From Acidobacteriota bacterium (GTDB taxonomy: Bacteria; Acidobacteriota; Thermoanaerobaculia; Gp7-AA8), in the NCBI GenBank assembly GCA_019244185.1, contig JAFATB010000013.1, positions 1 through 64,000 of the forward strand: 64,000 bases of DNA. The letters are read 5' to 3'. The first letter of the stretch is position 1. Each line of letters begins with the position of its first letter. Positions 62,751 through 64,000 of the stretch are shown piece by piece. Made by a program: the position numbers and the translations under genes. The notes under the pieces are model-generated. The model worked only from the letters and a program-made list of their open reading frames with translations. It did no database searches and had not been told where the DNA came from.

Positions 62751-63185
62751 ATGCCCAAGGTCACCGCCGACATCCCGTCCGAGCTCTCGCGGCAGATCGA
62801 TCGGATCATCCGCGACGGCTGGTATCCCGACGCGGAGACGGTCGTGCGCGAGGCCTTGCATCAGTTCGTCGACGCGAAGTCGTTCCTCGGCGACTCGCCG
62901 CGCATGCTGCATCGTTTCGCCGCCGACGCGCTGAACGATTCGAAGCCGGAGGTCGCGCTGAAGTTCGTCACGCGCGCGGTGTCGCTGCTCGCGAATCAGA
63001 GCGTCACCGACTTCACGCTGTATCAGGCGCTCGTCGAGCTGCGCGTGCAGATCCTGCTCGTCCTCGGGCGTGAAGACGACGCGCTGGTCTCGCTCGAGGA
63101 AGCGCGCGAGAAACTGCCCAACAATCCGACTGTCGCCCGCTGGATCTCACGTCTGGAGAAAAACAAGCCGCGCGGCGAAGCCTGA
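62751..63185 (+). CDS. Ribbon-helix-helix (CopG/ParD-like) protein with C-terminal TPR-like repeat
   Basis: KVTADIPSELSRQIDRIIRDGWY...VVREAL; LGREDDALVSLEEAREKLPNN. Confidence 0.7.
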   Translation: MPKVTADIPSELSRQIDRIIRDGWYPDAETVVREALHQFVDAKSFLGDSPRMLHRFAADALNDSKPEVALKFVTRAVSLLANQSVTDFTLYQALVELRVQILLVLGREDDALVSLEEAREKLPNNPTVARWISRLEKNKPRGEA

Positions 63186-63201
63186 ACGTTCCCCATTTCC
63201 C

Positions 63202-64000
63202 ATGCGCCACCGGTACTCGTTCCTCGATCCCGATCTCATCCAGCGCCTGCTCGCGGAGATGGGGCTGCGCCGTCTCTTCAATCAACTCCTCCTGCAAAGC
63301 GGCGGCGACGTCGAAGAAGCGATGCGCTGGATGCGGATGCTGCAGGAGCGCGGCTATCTCGATCCGAACATCGACCTCGAGGCGTTCCTCGCGCAGCTGA
63401 TGCAGGAGAACATCATCGGCACCGACGGCGAAGGAAACGTCACGCTGGCCGCGGGCGGCGAGCGGCAGATCCGCCGCGATGCGCTCGACGAGATCTTCGG
63501 CGGCCTGCAGAAGTCGATGACCGGCTCGCATTCGGTGGCGAACGCGGGGCAGGGGACCGAGCGCCTCACCGAGACGCGGCCGTATCAGTTCGGCGACGAC
63601 CCGATGTCGATCGACTCGATCCGCTCGATCCAGAACGCGATGAAGCACAACGATCCGGCGGGACAGATCGGTATCGTCGAGGACGACCTCGAAGTCTTTG
63701 AGACCGAGCACCACTCGAGCTGCGCGACGGTCGTCATGATCGACATCTCGCACTCGATGATCCTCTACGGCGAAGACCGCATCACGCCGGCGAAGAAAGT
63801 CGCGCTCGCGCTGACGGAGCTCATCCTCACGAAGTATCCAAAGGACTCGATCGACGTGCTGCTGTTCGGCGATGAGGCGACCGAGGTGCCGATCGGCGAG
63901 ATTCCGTACGTGCAGGTCGGGCCGTTTCACACGAACACGAAAGCGGGGCTCGAGCTCGCGCAGCGCATCCTGCGGCGGCGCAAGCACGCGAACAAACAGA
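63202..64000 (+). CDS. VWA domain protein, 3'-truncated by window edge
   Basis: Manual translation MRHRYSFLD...RPYQFGD...ATVVMIDISHSM (MIDAS DxSxS)...TNTKAGL; absent from the ORF track because it has no stop in the window. Confidence 0.9.
   Translation, partial: MRHRYSFLDPDLIQRLLAEMGLRRLFNQLLLQSGGDVEEAMRWMRMLQERGYLDPNIDLEAFLAQLMQENIIGTDGEGNVTLAAGGERQIRRDALDEIFGGLQKSMTGSHSVANAGQGTERLTETRPYQFGDDPMSIDSIRSIQNAMKHNDPAGQIGIVEDDLEVFETEHHSSCATVVMIDISHSMILYGEDRITPAKKVALALTELILTKYPKDSIDVLLFGDEATEVPIGEIPYVQVGPFHTNTKAGLELAQRILRRRKHANKQ

Overview
High-GC bacterial chromosomal segment of about 55 CDS and one tRNA-Gln(TTG). Gene content (PKD/DUF11 secreted proteins, Ser/Thr kinase with TolB-like repeats, zf-HC2-TPR protein) suggests Acidobacteriota, possibly Thermoanaerobaculia; this placement is inference only. 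Contents are mostly signalling (hybrid kinase-CheR-CheB-kinase operon, PAS/GAF kinase, ECF/anti-sigma, REC-PP2C), housekeeping (ybaK, hisN, asnB, tdk, rnr, pth), transport and envelope-modification genes. No integrase, transposase, phage module, rRNA or CRISPR array was found. Best leads: (1) an anti-sigma-type zinc-finger-TPR gene followed by a small secreted Pro-tailed peptide gene, arranged like an RRNPP receptor/propeptide pair; (2) a 783-aa hypothetical protein carrying a divergent class III nucleotidyl cyclase domain, next to a nuclease-XPD helicase; (3) three palindromic elements built from 7-nt units, one apparently translated as a protein N-terminus; (4) tandem MNT-HEPN toxin-antitoxin modules whose duplicated segment includes the start of pth; (5) a recurrent TANNNT box 6-10 nt before start codons, suggesting leaderless translation, including one probable CTG start. 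All calls come from reading motifs by eye, with no database searches.
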